A stretch of 64,000 bases of DNA, taken from the NCBI GenBank assembly GCA_000092065.1, contig CP000594.1; one strand, 5' to 3'. Source of the DNA: Ostreococcus lucimarinus. Lineage: Eukaryota. Shown piece after piece: positions 43,952 through 54,739 of this stretch. The notes beneath the pieces are model-generated. The model was not told the origin of the DNA. It did no database searches and saw only the letters and a program-made list of their open reading frames with translations. Both the position numbers and the translations under genes were made by a program. Positions within the stretch are counted from its first letter, which is position 1. Each line of letters starts with the position of its first letter.

Positions 43952-44653
43952 TCAACGCCCTAACCCAATCTTTTTCAACAGCGATTTTGATTCGCTCGCG
44001 AGCGCCAACCTCTCCGTGAGCTCGTCAATCTCCTCCTCCGTGAGCTCCGTCTTCACCTGATCGCCGTCCGGCGATTTCCCTTGTATCTTACGCACGAGAT
44101 AAATGATGGAATCCCGCTCGTCGTTCGCCTTACGCAGTCGCTCTTGAAGACTTTCCAACAGTTGCGTCTCCCGTTCGTCCGTCGGCGCTCGCGCCTCCCT
44201 CGACCCATCTCCCCGCTCATCCCGCGCCTTCGTCTCGCGCGTCGCCACCATCTCCATCGCATCGTTCGCGCCTCCGCGCCTCGCGCTCCCTCCGTCGTCC
44301 GCGCGCGCCGCCGCGCCTCGCGCGCCGCCGAACCATCCGAATCCGCGTCTCCCCCTCGCCTCCATCGCCGCCGCCCGCGCCGCCTCCCGCGCCGCCTCCC
44401 GCGCCCGTATCCTCGCCTCGATCCGATCCCCGATCGACTGCCCCCCCCGCTCGCCGAACACGTCGATGTACGACGCGTACCACGCCCGCGGCGCCGCGCA
44501 CAGCGTCATCAACCCGAGCGTCATCCACGCGATGCACGCCCTCGCCCGTCGCGTCCCGCGCTCGTGCGTCGCCCGCGCGTGTTGCGGCGTCACCTGCGCG
44601 TGTCTCGTCGGCGCCCGCGCGTCGCGCTCGCGTCGCTCGACGCGCGCGCGCAT
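43952..44653 (-). CDS. Hypothetical protein (N-terminal hydrophobic segment, charged coiled-coil C-terminus)
   Basis: ORF with the less biased C-terminal segment DERDSIIYLVRKIQGKSPDGDQVKTELTEEEIDELTERL. No family recognised. Confidence 0.3.
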   Translation of the reverse strand: MRARVERRERDARAPTRHAQVTPQHARATHERGTRRARACIAWMTLGLMTLCAAPRAWYASYIDVFGERGGQSIGDRIEARIRAREAAREAARAAAMEARGRRGFGWFGGARGAAARADDGGSARRGGANDAMEMVATRETKARDERGDGSREARAPTDERETQLLESLQERLRKANDERDSIIYLVRKIQGKSPDGDQVKTELTEEEIDELTERLALASESKSLLKKIGLGR

Positions 44654-45060
44654 GTTTTCTTCGATTCGGCGCGACGTCGAGTGGCGCGCGTCGCGTCACT
44701 TCGCGCCATGTCGCTTCGACTCCGCTTCGCCGGCCGCGGCGTCGGCGGCGCGGACGACGCGCGCGAGCGCGCGAGCGACGATCGCGTCTCCTTCGGCGTT
44801 TTGCGGCTGTGCGTCGGTCGAGGGACGTTCGCGCGGTGGAAGAGCGTGCTCTTGCACTTTAATCCGGAATCCGCGAGCGTCGTCGCGCGCGGACGCGCGA
44901 ACGCGCAGAAGCGCGCGGTCGAGGTGCGACGAGCGAGCGCGCGACGCGCGACGAACGAACGCGCGACGCGACGAGCGAACGCGCGACGGCGCGCTGACGA
45001 TGCGGGCGAAAACTTTAAATCGATGCACTTCATTCGCAGGAACGGTTATCGCCGTTTTCG

Positions 45061-45915
45061 ATGTCGATGACGTTTGAGACGCGAGAGGCGTGCGATGCGG
45101 ATCGAATCGTCGAGGCGCTGGCGCGCGTGGTGGTGGACGACGGCGCGCTGGGCGCGGAGGGGGAGACGCCGAGCGATTTTGAGGCGCGCGTGACGACGAT
45201 GAAGGCGGACGTGGCGGCGCAACTGGACGAGGCGAAGAAAATGTACGAAGAGAGGGCGAGGACGGGAGGCGCGCCGCGACGATTGACGCTGCGAGAGATG
45301 GATAGGAAGATGAGCTTCAGGGACGTCGCGAACGCGGTACGCGCGGACGCGGGAGCGTTCAATTGGTACCTGGTTCGCGGAGACGCGAACGGCGCTTCGG
45401 AGGTGTTTAACGCCGGCGGCGGGAGCTTGGACGAGATGAAGAAATCGTTGGCGTCCGACGAGGTGTTTTTCGGGCTTCTGCGCATGGGTTTCGGGCGCGG
45501 CGCGTTTCGGCGCGTGAAGCACATATTCATTCACTGGTCCGGCGCCGACGTCAATCCTTTGAAACGCGGCCAACACAACGCGAATGAGGAGGCGATTCGC
45601 AAACTCGTCGGACCGGTGAATCTGAGCCACTTCGCGACTGAGATGGATGAGATGAATCTAAACGATTTACTCGACAAGGTGAAAACTAAGGTGGTGCTGG
45701 ACGGCGAGGCAATCGACGATGTGGAAGATCTGTTCAGTTTGGAATCGTACATGGTTTCGTGCGAAGACGACGCCGAGGCGATGAAGCGTGAATTTCCCGA
45801 CGCGATACGTGAAGGCGACGGCGAGGAAGACGAGCAAGAACCAACGTTTGAAGAGGCTTTGGAGTCCGTGCGGGATAAGTCTCAGCCGTACAATTGGATG
45901 TTGTGCACGCTTTAA
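45061..45915 (+). CDS. ADF-H (actin-depolymerising factor homology) domain protein, coactosin/ABP1-like
   Basis: FNWYLVRGDANGASEVFNAGGGSLDEMKKSLASDEVFFGLLRMGF...RVKHIFIHWSGADVNPLKRGQHNANEEAIRKL matches the ADF-H fold pattern (NW.lf.....i.....G.G...e.......vyf...r......r.K.vfI.W.g..v....k.......). Confidence 0.65.
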   Translation: MSMTFETREACDADRIVEALARVVVDDGALGAEGETPSDFEARVTTMKADVAAQLDEAKKMYEERARTGGAPRRLTLREMDRKMSFRDVANAVRADAGAFNWYLVRGDANGASEVFNAGGGSLDEMKKSLASDEVFFGLLRMGFGRGAFRRVKHIFIHWSGADVNPLKRGQHNANEEAIRKLVGPVNLSHFATEMDEMNLNDLLDKVKTKVVLDGEAIDDVEDLFSLESYMVSCEDDAEAMKREFPDAIREGDGEEDEQEPTFEEALESVRDKSQPYNWMLCTL

Positions 45916-46002
45916 AGCCGGCGTTCTCTCCATAGCGACGCAAGGTACCGTAGTTTGTAAAACAATTGAATAAAAGTTAAAGTTAAAGTTGTTGTCACAT
46001 TT

Positions 46003-49000
46003 CTAAACTTCGCGCTTCGACTTCTTGCCGCGTAAGATTCCCGCCGCCTTTGCTGATTTCACGACGCCACCAAGCTGCGCGCGAGCGGCAACTTTTTTGC
46101 TATTGCGTCGATTCAAAAGTTTTGGATCAAGCGGCCAATACGCGTACGGCTCGAGCTTGGTTTGCTTCGAGTAGACGTCACCAGTCGTCTTACCCTTCGC
46201 CTTGTACAAATCAGCGCTGTGGCGCTCGTGCGTCGTGCGCTGCCGTTTGACACCGTTGGAATTGTGCGTACCAACCGTACGCGAAGACTTGCCGGTAGCA
46301 TTCGTCCGCGCGGTGGCGGCGCCTCGCGATTTACCAGTTTTGGACGTGTAACGTGAGCGACCGCCTTCAGACGCGTTGTCTTCCTCTTCTTCGCGTCGAC
46401 GCTTCGCGCCTTCGCTCTCTTCAACAATCATGAGCTTGCCATCAGCGCCCGTACGGTAGCCACTGTCATCGTCATCGTCTTCGAACTTCACACGACGACG
46501 TTCTCCTTGCGGTAGCATCGATCGGCGCATGGCGCTATCGTCCAACAAATCAAGCGGGGCGTCGCCGGAAGCAGGAAGTCGTGCACCGCCCGTCGCGCGC
46601 TTCGCAGCCGCGGCTGCGGCGGAACGAGGACCCTCGCCACCACCTCGTCTAGAGGCTGGGGCAAAAGATCCTCCATCACGACCTCCGCGTCCACTTCTGC
46701 GCGATCGGCCGTCGTCGCTGTCGTCGCCCTCGTCGTCGCTGAAAATGTCGCCGTCGCGCCATTCTGAACGTCTCGCCGTTCGCGTGGACTTGGCGCCGTG
46801 TTCACTACCTGCAACGGACGATTTCTTCTTCTTTTCTAATCGTGTCTCCTCGCGCTTGATGTGCGCGATAAGTGCCATGTGTTCTTTTGGCATGCTCGCT
46901 TCGACGACTTCGTAACCACAACGTTTGCACATGCGTTCCAACACGACACGCACCTTGAGCTTGAAGCGATTCTTCGAATCTTCCGACCAATGCAACAGCG
47001 CTGGGACAAGTCGCGGAAGTTCGGCGGCGAGATCTTGTTGAGGTAGACGCACGACGACAACCTTCACGAAGCCGAGGCACGACTTGACCACTTCGCGAGA
47101 TTTTCCTTCGAGCAACGCGCACACTGCCGGTAAGAGTTCAGGAACGGTGGACACGAGCGCAGAGGAAAATTCGTAGAGCAAACGAGCGAGAGCCATGATG
47201 GTGGCCGATTGCATCTGAGGTGACGAGCCGACGATGCCAGCGAGCACGGTGAGGAAAAATCGTCGAACGCCCACACCCATTTGCTCAGTCTCCATCGCCT
47301 CGTCGTCCTCCTCCTCTGTAGCCGCGCCGAGCCAGGCGGCGACGCCTGCGTTACCAGAGCGCGCAACTCCGCGTGCCGCTTCTGCATTCTTGCGCTCGAT
47401 TGATCGTGGAATGCTTATCAAGAGCTGATACGCCAGCGTGCGCGTGCGCGCGTTGGTTTCTTTTGTGGCGAGAATGAGTTCGGAGAGAAGCACAGTGAGC
47501 GATCCAGTTTCGGCGATGCTCCCGGCACCGTCGCCGCCTTCCTCAGCGTCCGCCGCAGCGTCGCGTTCTTGAAGCGCTGGTAAAATCTTACCGATAACTT
47601 TCAATCGATACCGTCGCGCCGATGGTAAGCAACAATCAACGCCAGAAACGAGGAGCTCTTCGATTTCCGCCGCGCGCGGTTCAAGCCACTTCCCGTCTTG
47701 TGCCTCGCACAGCTCGTTGAGCAACTTGTATGCGCGCTTTTGAATCACACTTTCCTTCTCCAGACACGCGGGTTTGGCAATTTTGTAAACCATTTCCAAG
47801 CCCTGATCGTCCAAGCCGGAAACGAGCGCGAAGACGAGATCCATGAAGGTGCACCTTCGTGCGGTCTTGTCGTCTCCGCCCTCCACCAAAGCGTCCGGCG
47901 CGCCCGGATCGTCCGCGGTCACTTTGACGAGTTTGCGCAGTACAGTCCTGAAGAAGCCGCCCAACTGCGCTTGATCGGTCACTTTTGCAAATGCACCGAT
48001 TGTATGCGACAGCTCACCACGTCGTGACGTCGGTGACGAAACGAAGAGATTAAAAAGAATGGGCAAAAAGTTCCGAGCGTACTTGCTCACCGCCGCGAGC
48101 TGCGCTTCGGCGATATCAACCGTGAAAGTCGCGGGCATTTGATCATCGTTGGGCTCACCCGCGGCGATTGTGGACGCACCGTCACCGGCTTCGTCGTCAT
48201 CGTCGACTTCGTACACACCAGCGCCGATTCTTCCTTGACGAATCAAGCGCTTCAAGCCTTCGCAAATGGGCCCTTGCAAATCGATTCTCGAACTCAACGC
48301 ATTGCCTAAATCCTTGGCAATCAACGGAAACGCGTCCGAGGCGTCGCTCGGCCAATTAGCAAACGCTGGAAACAGGCTCCAAAGTGCGTGCTCGGCGGCA
48401 CCGCAGCGCTGCGCTTCGTACGAACTTTGAGAGTTTCGCGCGTGCTCGGCGCGAGCGCCCAACGCGCGCGCTTGCGGCAAAATGGCGTCAGCAAAAAATC
48501 CCATATTCGCTCCAACCAAACCAGAGCGCAACAACGGCACGAGCCAAAGTCGTCCAGTCTCTTGACTCGCTGCATTCATGACGTCTTGCTCGTCCACTTC
48601 CATGCCGTCTCCGTCGCCTTGACGGTTAGCGAGCTCGGCGTCGATGGCTTCTTCGAGTTTTAACGGAAGCGACGCGAGCACCTGCTCAGGACCTATGGCT
48701 TGAATCGCCGCCGTGATGCAGTCTTGCAGCTGTTGTTTGCACATCAACTCGCTCGCGTGCTCGCCCATCTCGCCGAGCGCGTTCAAAGTACCAGCCAAGA
48801 TTGGCCCGGACGCGGGACCAAGGCGCATGAACGCGCATGTGGCGACGGGAATGGAAACAGCCCACGCGCCGCGATAGCGGAACCCGATCGCGGACTCAAT
48901 GCTCGACGCCACGGACATCAACGTCGTCGGTTTGGACGGCGCGGACTTCCCCGCCGCTCGCGCAGATGCAATAGCCTTGATCCCTTCTTGCACCATACCG

Positions 49001-50439
49001 GAATCGATGCATGAGCGCACGAGCGAAATCAACGCTTCGGCGACCTCGGTCGCAACGCCCTCATGAGGCGACGCGAAGAGCTTCACGAGGGAATGAAACG
49101 TCGTCGGCAACGCTTTTGCAGAGGCTTGCGCGTCGATGGCGTGGAGCTTACACTGCGCGCGAGAGAGCAAGCGCGCCAAAGAAATCACCATCGTCGGCGC
49201 CGTGTTCAAGTTCGCATTCGCCACGGCGGCGATGGGCGCCATCAGCCCTACGATCGTGTCCGCGCTCACGCCTTCGCTGCCGTCATCGGCATCCATCGTG
49301 GGCGAATTTGCGAGCGCCAGAAGCGCTTCCGTGGCGTGTTGCGTGAGCAAAGGCTCATCCAAATCCAATAATCCCGCGCACGCATCCGCGCACGCCCCGC
49401 ACGCGGGTTCGGCGAGTTCGGGCAACAAAACCTTCATCGCGCCGAGCATGTACAGCGCCTCCGTCGCCGCCGCCGTCGCGCGCGCGCGAGCATCTTTCGC
49501 ACCCGCCGCACCTCGCGCCTTTTGCATCTCCGCCGCCGCGCGTTCGGGCGCCTCGCCAATCTTTCTCGCGAACGCCGCCGTCATCTCCCCGTACGCCGCC
49601 GCGCGCGCCGCGTCCCCACGCACCCTTCGCACGACGTCTCCCAGCGCGTGCACCGCCGCCTTCCGCACCTTTGGCCTTCCATCGATCGACAGATTCAACG
49701 TCGCCTGAAACGCGCGCTTCCCGTGTTTCTCGCTCGTCTCTCCTCCCGACTCGCCCTTCGTCGTCGCCGCCGCCGCCGCGCACGACGCCAACAATCTCGC
49801 CACGTGTCGCATGCTCTTCGGCGACCTCTCGCTCACCACTCGTCCGCATCCCATCACCACCTCGATCGTCCGCTCCATCTTCGCCCGTATCACGCGTCCA
49901 TCGACGTCCGCCGCCGCCTCGGCCGCGCACGCGCACACCGCCTCGAGCGCCTCCAGCGCGTCCTCGCTCCCGTCCGTCCCCGCCCGCGCGCTCGCCCGCT
50001 CCAGCGCCCCGAACGCCGCCGCGAACACCGACGTCGCGTTCACTCGCATGTCTCCCTCCGCGATCGCGCGCTCGACCGCGTCGCACGCGCGCACGACGCG
50101 CGCCGAGCTCGCGCTCGCGCTTCGTCCGTGCGCGCGCCGCAACCGCTCGAGCGCGCCCTCGGGCGTCGCGCGCGCGTCGCGCGCGTCCGCGGTCGGGCGC
50201 GCGTCGTCGTCATCGCTCGACGCCATCGCGTCGAGCGCGTCGAGCGCGTCGAGCGTCGGCGCGCGCGCGAATGGCGTCGCGCGCGCGTGGCGGCGGATGG
50301 CGGCGATCGACGTCGCGCGCTCGATCCGACGCCGTTCGCGCGGCGCGCGCGGAGGGGCGCGCGCGAGCGTTTTTATCGGCGAGTCCGTCCGCGCGACGAC
50401 GCGCGATGACTCGCGTCGCGTCCACGCGCGACGATTCAT
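46003..50439 (-). CDS. RRP12: RRP12-like HEAT-repeat pre-ribosome export/maturation factor (true ATG probably ~50226, MASSDDDD...)
   Basis: KYARNFLPILFNLFVSS...TIGAFAKVTDQAQLGGFFRTVLRKLVKV and C-terminal RFKLKVRVVLERMCKRCGYEVVEASMPKEHMALIAHIKREETRLEKKKK align to conserved RRP12 blocks (FAKNFLPILFNLY... ; [22 protein letters not shown]...). Confidence 0.85.
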   Translation of the reverse strand: MNRRAWTRRESSRVVARTDSPIKTLARAPPRAPRERRRIERATSIAAIRRHARATPFARAPTLDALDALDAMASSDDDDARPTADARDARATPEGALERLRRAHGRSASASSARVVRACDAVERAIAEGDMRVNATSVFAAAFGALERASARAGTDGSEDALEALEAVCACAAEAAADVDGRVIRAKMERTIEVVMGCGRVVSERSPKSMRHVARLLASCAAAAATTKGESGGETSEKHGKRAFQATLNLSIDGRPKVRKAAVHALGDVVRRVRGDAARAAAYGEMTAAFARKIGEAPERAAAEMQKARGAAGAKDARARATAAATEALYMLGAMKVLLPELAEPACGACADACAGLLDLDEPLLTQHATEALLALANSPTMDADDGSEGVSADTIVGLMAPIAAVANANLNTAPTMVISLARLLSRAQCKLHAIDAQASAKALPTTFHSLVKLFASPHEGVATEVAEALISLVRSCIDSGMVQEGIKAIASARAAGKSAPSKPTTLMSVASSIESAIGFRYRGAWAVSIPVATCAFMRLGPASGPILAGTLNALGEMGEHASELMCKQQLQDCITAAIQAIGPEQVLASLPLKLEEAIDAELANRQGDGDGMEVDEQDVMNAASQETGRLWLVPLLRSGLVGANMGFFADAILPQARALGARAEHARNSQSSYEAQRCGAAEHALWSLFPAFANWPSDASDAFPLIAKDLGNALSSRIDLQGPICEGLKRLIRQGRIGAGVYEVDDDDEAGDGASTIAAGEPNDDQMPATFTVDIAEAQLAAVSKYARNFLPILFNLFVSSPTSRRGELSHTIGAFAKVTDQAQLGGFFRTVLRKLVKVTADDPGAPDALVEGGDDKTARRCTFMDLVFALVSGLDDQGLEMVYKIAKPACLEKESVIQKRAYKLLNELCEAQDGKWLEPRAAEIEELLVSGVDCCLPSARRYRLKVIGKILPALQERDAAADAEEGGDGAGSIAETGSLTVLLSELILATKETNARTRTLAYQLLISIPRSIERKNAEAARGVARSGNAGVAAWLGAATEEEDDEAMETEQMGVGVRRFFLTVLAGIVGSSPQMQSATIMALARLLYEFSSALVSTVPELLPAVCALLEGKSREVVKSCLGFVKVVVVRLPQQDLAAELPRLVPALLHWSEDSKNRFKLKVRVVLERMCKRCGYEVVEASMPKEHMALIAHIKREETRLEKKKKSSVAGSEHGAKSTRTARRSEWRDGDIFSDDEGDDSDDGRSRRSGRGGRDGGSFAPASRRGGGEGPRSAAAAAAKRATGGARLPASGDAPLDLLDDSAMRRSMLPQGERRRVKFEDDDDDSGYRTGADGKLMIVEESEGAKRRREEEEDNASEGGRSRYTSKTGKSRGAATARTNATGKSSRTVGTHNSNGVKRQRTTHERHSADLYKAKGKTTGDVYSKQTKLEPYAYWPLDPKLLNRRNSKKVAARAQLGGVVKSAKAAGILRGKKSKREV

Positions 50440-50805
50440 TCATTCGTGCATTCATTCACGGTTCGCTGGCTACCGCTAACGCGCGCGCCGGCGCTGGCTA
50501 TCGCCGATGCGCGCGACGACGCGCGCGCGATCACGCGCCCTCGAGCGTCGCCGCGCGCGCCTCGCGCACGGCGCCCGCGAAGGCGTAGAACTGCGCGACG
50601 CTCATCTCCATCTGCTCGAACCAACGCCCGTCTCGCGCGTCGTCGTCGCTTCGCGCGTCGTCGTCCTCGAGCGTCAGCCTGACGACGACGCGCGAGACGC
50701 CGCTGGCGTTCGTCTCGCTCGTGCTCGCGGTCACGGCGAGGCGCCAGGCGAGATCGACGCACCGCGGCGGCATGGAGTGCGGCGCGCGCGGGACACCGCG
50801 ACGCG

Positions 50806-51816
50806 ATGGCGAACCCGTTCGCGACGCTCGACGGCGACGCGCGCGGCGACGACGGGCGAGACGACGGCGAGAGTGGCGACGCGGCGCGCGGCGCGCGCGC
50901 GGCGACGGCGGCGACGCGCGCGAGACGGACGACGACGACGACGACGAGGGCGGCGAAGAAGCGCGAGACGGCGGCGCGGCGAGCCGAGGCGGAGGCGATG
51001 CGCGCGCGCGCGCACGCGGCGATGGCGATGGAAAAACGAGAGGACGATCGTTGGGGGAAGGTGGCGAAGGGATCGGGAATCGCGAGGAAGGCGGCGAAGG
51101 AGATGGCGAAGACGATGACGACGACGGCGGCGAGGGACGACGACGACGCGACTGGAGAGACGACGACGGAGACGACGGAGACGACGGAGACGACGACGAC
51201 GACGAGTGATGCGATGGCGAAGGTGAGTGAGGTGTTCTGGCACACGTTCGAGGACACGGGGGCGTCGTGTTGGTGCGTGCGAGTGGAGGACGAGGACGGC
51301 GAGTCGACGACGATGTCGATTACGAAATCCGTGCCTCGCGCGAGAAAAATTCCGAGCGATGGGGGCGAACGACCGGTGTTGGTGAGCGGCGAGATTCGAC
51401 TATTACTCGCTGAGTGGGACGATCGCACGCGCATCGATCGAGCGAGGCGCGCGAAGGCGAAATTGAAGGCGGCCAAGGCGGCGGCCAAGGCGGCCGCGGA
51501 GGCGGCCGAGGCGCCGGCCGAGGCGCCGGCCGAGGCGCCGGCGGTCGAGACATCGCCCGCGCCGGTGGCGGAGACGCTGTCCGCGGCACCGCCTGATTTC
51601 GGCGCGACGCGTAGAGCGCCGCCGCCCGGGTTCGAAAAACCTGCGTTTCGAGTCGTGCACGTGCCGGTTGTCGATCCTGCTGTCGAGGCGAGGCAACGCG
51701 AGCTCGAGGCGCAAGTCGCGGCGTTGCAAGCGCAACTCGCCGCACAGCAGATGATGCAACAGACGACGTACGCGCCACCGCCGCCAAGCTTTTCGGGAGG
51801 ATCATCGATCTGGTAA
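50806..51816 (+). CDS. Hypothetical protein with (ETT)n and (APAE)n low-complexity tracts
   Basis: ORF with the ordinary-composition core VFWHTFEDTGASCWCVRVEDEDGESTTMSITKSVPRARKIPSDGGERPVLVSGEIRLLLAEWDD. Divergent from RRP12. No family recognised. Confidence 0.3.
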   Translation: MANPFATLDGDARGDDGRDDGESGDAARGARAATAATRARRTTTTTTRAAKKRETAARRAEAEAMRARAHAAMAMEKREDDRWGKVAKGSGIARKAAKEMAKTMTTTAARDDDDATGETTTETTETTETTTTTSDAMAKVSEVFWHTFEDTGASCWCVRVEDEDGESTTMSITKSVPRARKIPSDGGERPVLVSGEIRLLLAEWDDRTRIDRARRAKAKLKAAKAAAKAAAEAAEAPAEAPAEAPAVETSPAPVAETLSAAPPDFGATRRAPPPGFEKPAFRVVHVPVVDPAVEARQRELEAQVAALQAQLAAQQMMQQTTYAPPPPSFSGGSSIW

Positions 51817-51891
51817 CTCGTTATTTGTTCGTTGTAATTGTCACATTGACAAATCTAGCAAACGCGAGCGCAAAATAATCTACAAATAATC

Positions 51892-52344
51892 TCAAGACGA
51901 TTCTTCGTCGTCGCAACGCTGGAACTCGAGCTTCATCTTTCGAGGCGCGGGCCACGTAGAGATAGCCGCCATAACGACGTCGAACGACTCTCCACGAGTG
52001 GAAAATCTGATTTGCTCTTCGCCTTTTTTAACGCTCACTCCGCCGTAGTCCATTTCGCTGTTGAACACGATCGCCGACGTAGCGATTAATCTATCACCCA
52101 CGCTAATCAGGCCGCTCTGCTCGGCCGCACCGCCGGGCACGAGTTCTTCGACAAAAATATTTCCATTTTTATCGTTCGCCAGAAACATGCCGAGCGGTTT
52201 CTTCAGTTCCACCGCGTATCTCGCGCATCCCGGGGGAACCGGTTCGTCGTCCGCCGCCGCCGCGCGGCGGCGGGTGAGCCGACGCCGAGACGGTCCCGCG
52301 CGCGGCGTCGCGACGGCGCAACGAATGGCAGCACTCGTTGTCAT
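51892..52344 (-). CDS. Small PDZ-domain protein with organellar-type N-terminal presequence
   Basis: ATG at 52342-52344. The presequence is rich in A, R and T. The PDZ-like core is LKKPLGMFLANDKNGNIFVEELVPGGAAEQSGLISVGDRLIATS. Confidence 0.55.
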   Translation of the reverse strand: MTTSAAIRCAVATPRAGPSRRRLTRRRAAAADDEPVPPGCARYAVELKKPLGMFLANDKNGNIFVEELVPGGAAEQSGLISVGDRLIATSAIVFNSEMDYGGVSVKKGEEQIRFSTRGESFDVVMAAISTWPAPRKMKLEFQRCDDEESS

Positions 52345-53545
52345 CTGCGTTCGAAAATAAGAAGCGAAAAAGTGAAAATGTCAGTCTTCGTCCGCTCGCT
52401 CGTTCATCGTCTCAGAGAGTATGGTCACAAAATATCCACATTGGGTATTCGGTAAAGTTTTTGGGTTAAGGTTTTCATCTTCCTTGACGACGGCGCGATT
52501 GAAGTCGAAGAAAAACGAACGTCGAGAACGACGACGACGACGACGGATGTAGCAGGGGTTCTAGAGGCCGTTAGTCATGGACAGACACGAAGCCCGCTTT
52601 ACCCAAGCGTCACTCTACGGGCGTCTTCTGACGCGTCCGCGAATCTTTGAATCGCGGCGCGCACGTTCGAGATAAATCTCGCACCCAACATCGATCGAAA
52701 AGTAAAATGAATCCATTCAGCGGCGTGTCAGTGTTTCGTGAATCTTTTCACCGCGCCGAAACGCTCTAAAGGTGTCCTAAGATATATTGACGAAGTCATC
52801 ACCCACACCGCCGAAACGGCGAGAAAAACCAAACAAACAAACCAACGATCGCGTCAGGAATCAAAAATGATTTCGTTTCAAAGGAAGCCACTGAACACGG
52901 AGTCCTCAATTGAACTATGCCTTGATTCGAGCATCACCCGCGTCGTCGTCCGTCGTCTTCGTCGTCTTCGTCGTCGCTCGACGAGAGAAAAATCCACCCG
53001 CCGCTCGCGCGCGTTTCCAAGCCTCAGCTTAACGAGATTCACAAGTTTGATCGTCACCGAAATCAGATGGTACGGACAAGTGTGTCTCATCATCGGCTTC
53101 GCGCGCGCGACGGGCGGTCGCGCGTTTTCGTTTATCCGGCTAGCGTTCCGGCGTCGCGGGACCGGCCCGCGCGCCTCGCTCACGGTTCGCCGCGTCTCGC
53201 GCGTCGCTCGCGCTCTCGCGCCCGTCCCGAGAGACGCGCGCTCGATCGCGTGCGTCATCGCTCGACGGTGGTTTATCTCGGCGCGACCGAGCGCTGCGCG
53301 CGTCATGAGCGGGACGCGGCAGTGACTCTAGAGTGGATCGGCCTCTCGCGTTCTCGCGCGTCGCGTCGTCGTCGTCGTCGTCGTCGTCCTCGTCGCGTCG
53401 CGTCGCGTCGTCGCGCACCTCGTCGCGCGTCTCTCGCGCGCGCGTCTCGCGTTCGCGCGCGCTCGCGTCGCGCGGTGCGGTCGGGTCCGATTCGCCGCCG
53501 CCGCCGCACACCGCGACGCCGCGTCGACGCGCCGCGACGACGCGC

Positions 53546-54580
53546 ATGGAGACGGACGCCGACACCGGACGGGTGCGCGTGAAACCTGCGCTCGAGGCCG
53601 TGCGCGCGCACGACGGCCCGCTCGAGATCGATCTCGGGACGCTGCGCGTCGTCGACGCCGCGCCGCTCGATGTCACCGCCGCCGACTCGGGCGAGGCGGA
53701 GGCGCACGCGCGCGAGCGCGCGCGAGACGTCCTCCAGCGCCTGGTCGCGGAGTTGTTCGCGCTGCCGAGCGAAACGGACGCGCACGGACGGTTCGCGCAG
53801 TTGCCCGAACCGACGACGACGTTCCCGAGGCTGCGCGCGTTGCCCCCGAGCGAGGCGCCGCTGACGAAGTGGGAAAAGTTCGCGAAGGAGAAGGGGATCA
53901 AGAAACGGAAGCGAAGCAAGGAGGTGTTCGATGAGAAGACGGATGAATGGAAACGGCGGTATGGGTATCAACGCGCGAGGGACGGGAACGATGTCATCAT
54001 CGCGCCGGGGAAGATGACGGACGTGCCGGGGAAGACGGAGGACCCGTTTACGCGCGAGGAGCGAGAGAAACGGGAACGGACGTTGAAGAATCGAGAGAAA
54101 CAAGATAAGAATTTGATGAACGCGGTGGCGGAGAAGGGTGCGAAGGCGTTACCGCCGACGCTGCGATTGGCGGTGACTGGTAAGAAGGACTCCGTGGGGA
54201 GCGGGAAGCTAGGGAAACGGGAGATGAAGGACGTGGCGGCGCGCGTCTCGCACTCCACGGCGTCGGTCGGCAAATTCAACGCCCCAGTGCCGGGAGACGA
54301 TAAGGTCAAGGTTCGCGGCAAGCGACGTCAGTTTGCGAGCGTGACGGATATGGATTCTGAGCGTAAGAAGAGCTCGGAAATCATCGATAAGTTGCTCGCG
54401 AAGGAGAAGCGCGGCGGCGTCGTCGACGTCAACGCGGCGGCGCGGAAGATTCAGCAAGAGAAGGAAAAGGCGAACCGCGTGAGCAAGCGCAAGAAGGCTG
54501 ACGGCGAGAGTAAGGAGCGGGCGTCCGGTAAGCGAGGGAAACCATCCGCAGCCGGAGGCGCTCGCGCGAAGAAGAAGTGA
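53546..54580 (+). CDS. RRS1: RRS1 (regulator of ribosome synthesis / ribosome biogenesis regulatory protein)
   Basis: LEIDLGTLRVVDAAPLD...LQRLVAELFALPSE...PLTKWEKFAKEKGIKKRKRSKEVFDEKTDEWKRRYGY matches the RRS1 family core. The in-frame ATG at ~53546 gives ~345 aa. The track ORF from 53333 is probably 5' leader. Confidence 0.8.
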   Translation: METDADTGRVRVKPALEAVRAHDGPLEIDLGTLRVVDAAPLDVTAADSGEAEAHARERARDVLQRLVAELFALPSETDAHGRFAQLPEPTTTFPRLRALPPSEAPLTKWEKFAKEKGIKKRKRSKEVFDEKTDEWKRRYGYQRARDGNDVIIAPGKMTDVPGKTEDPFTREEREKRERTLKNREKQDKNLMNAVAEKGAKALPPTLRLAVTGKKDSVGSGKLGKREMKDVAARVSHSTASVGKFNAPVPGDDKVKVRGKRRQFASVTDMDSERKKSSEIIDKLLAKEKRGGVVDVNAAARKIQQEKEKANRVSKRKKADGESKERASGKRGKPSAAGGARAKKK

Positions 54581-54739
54581 TTAGATTGTGATATAACCAA
54601 ACGACGACACGACGTTAAAGAACCGTAACAAACATCGCGAGTACATGTCGCGACCCGGGGCGACCACGACTTATGTTCCCTCGTATAGTTGCGTCTTCTC
54701 ATAGTGATTTGAAGTCGTAAAGTATGAAAAAAGTTGGTG

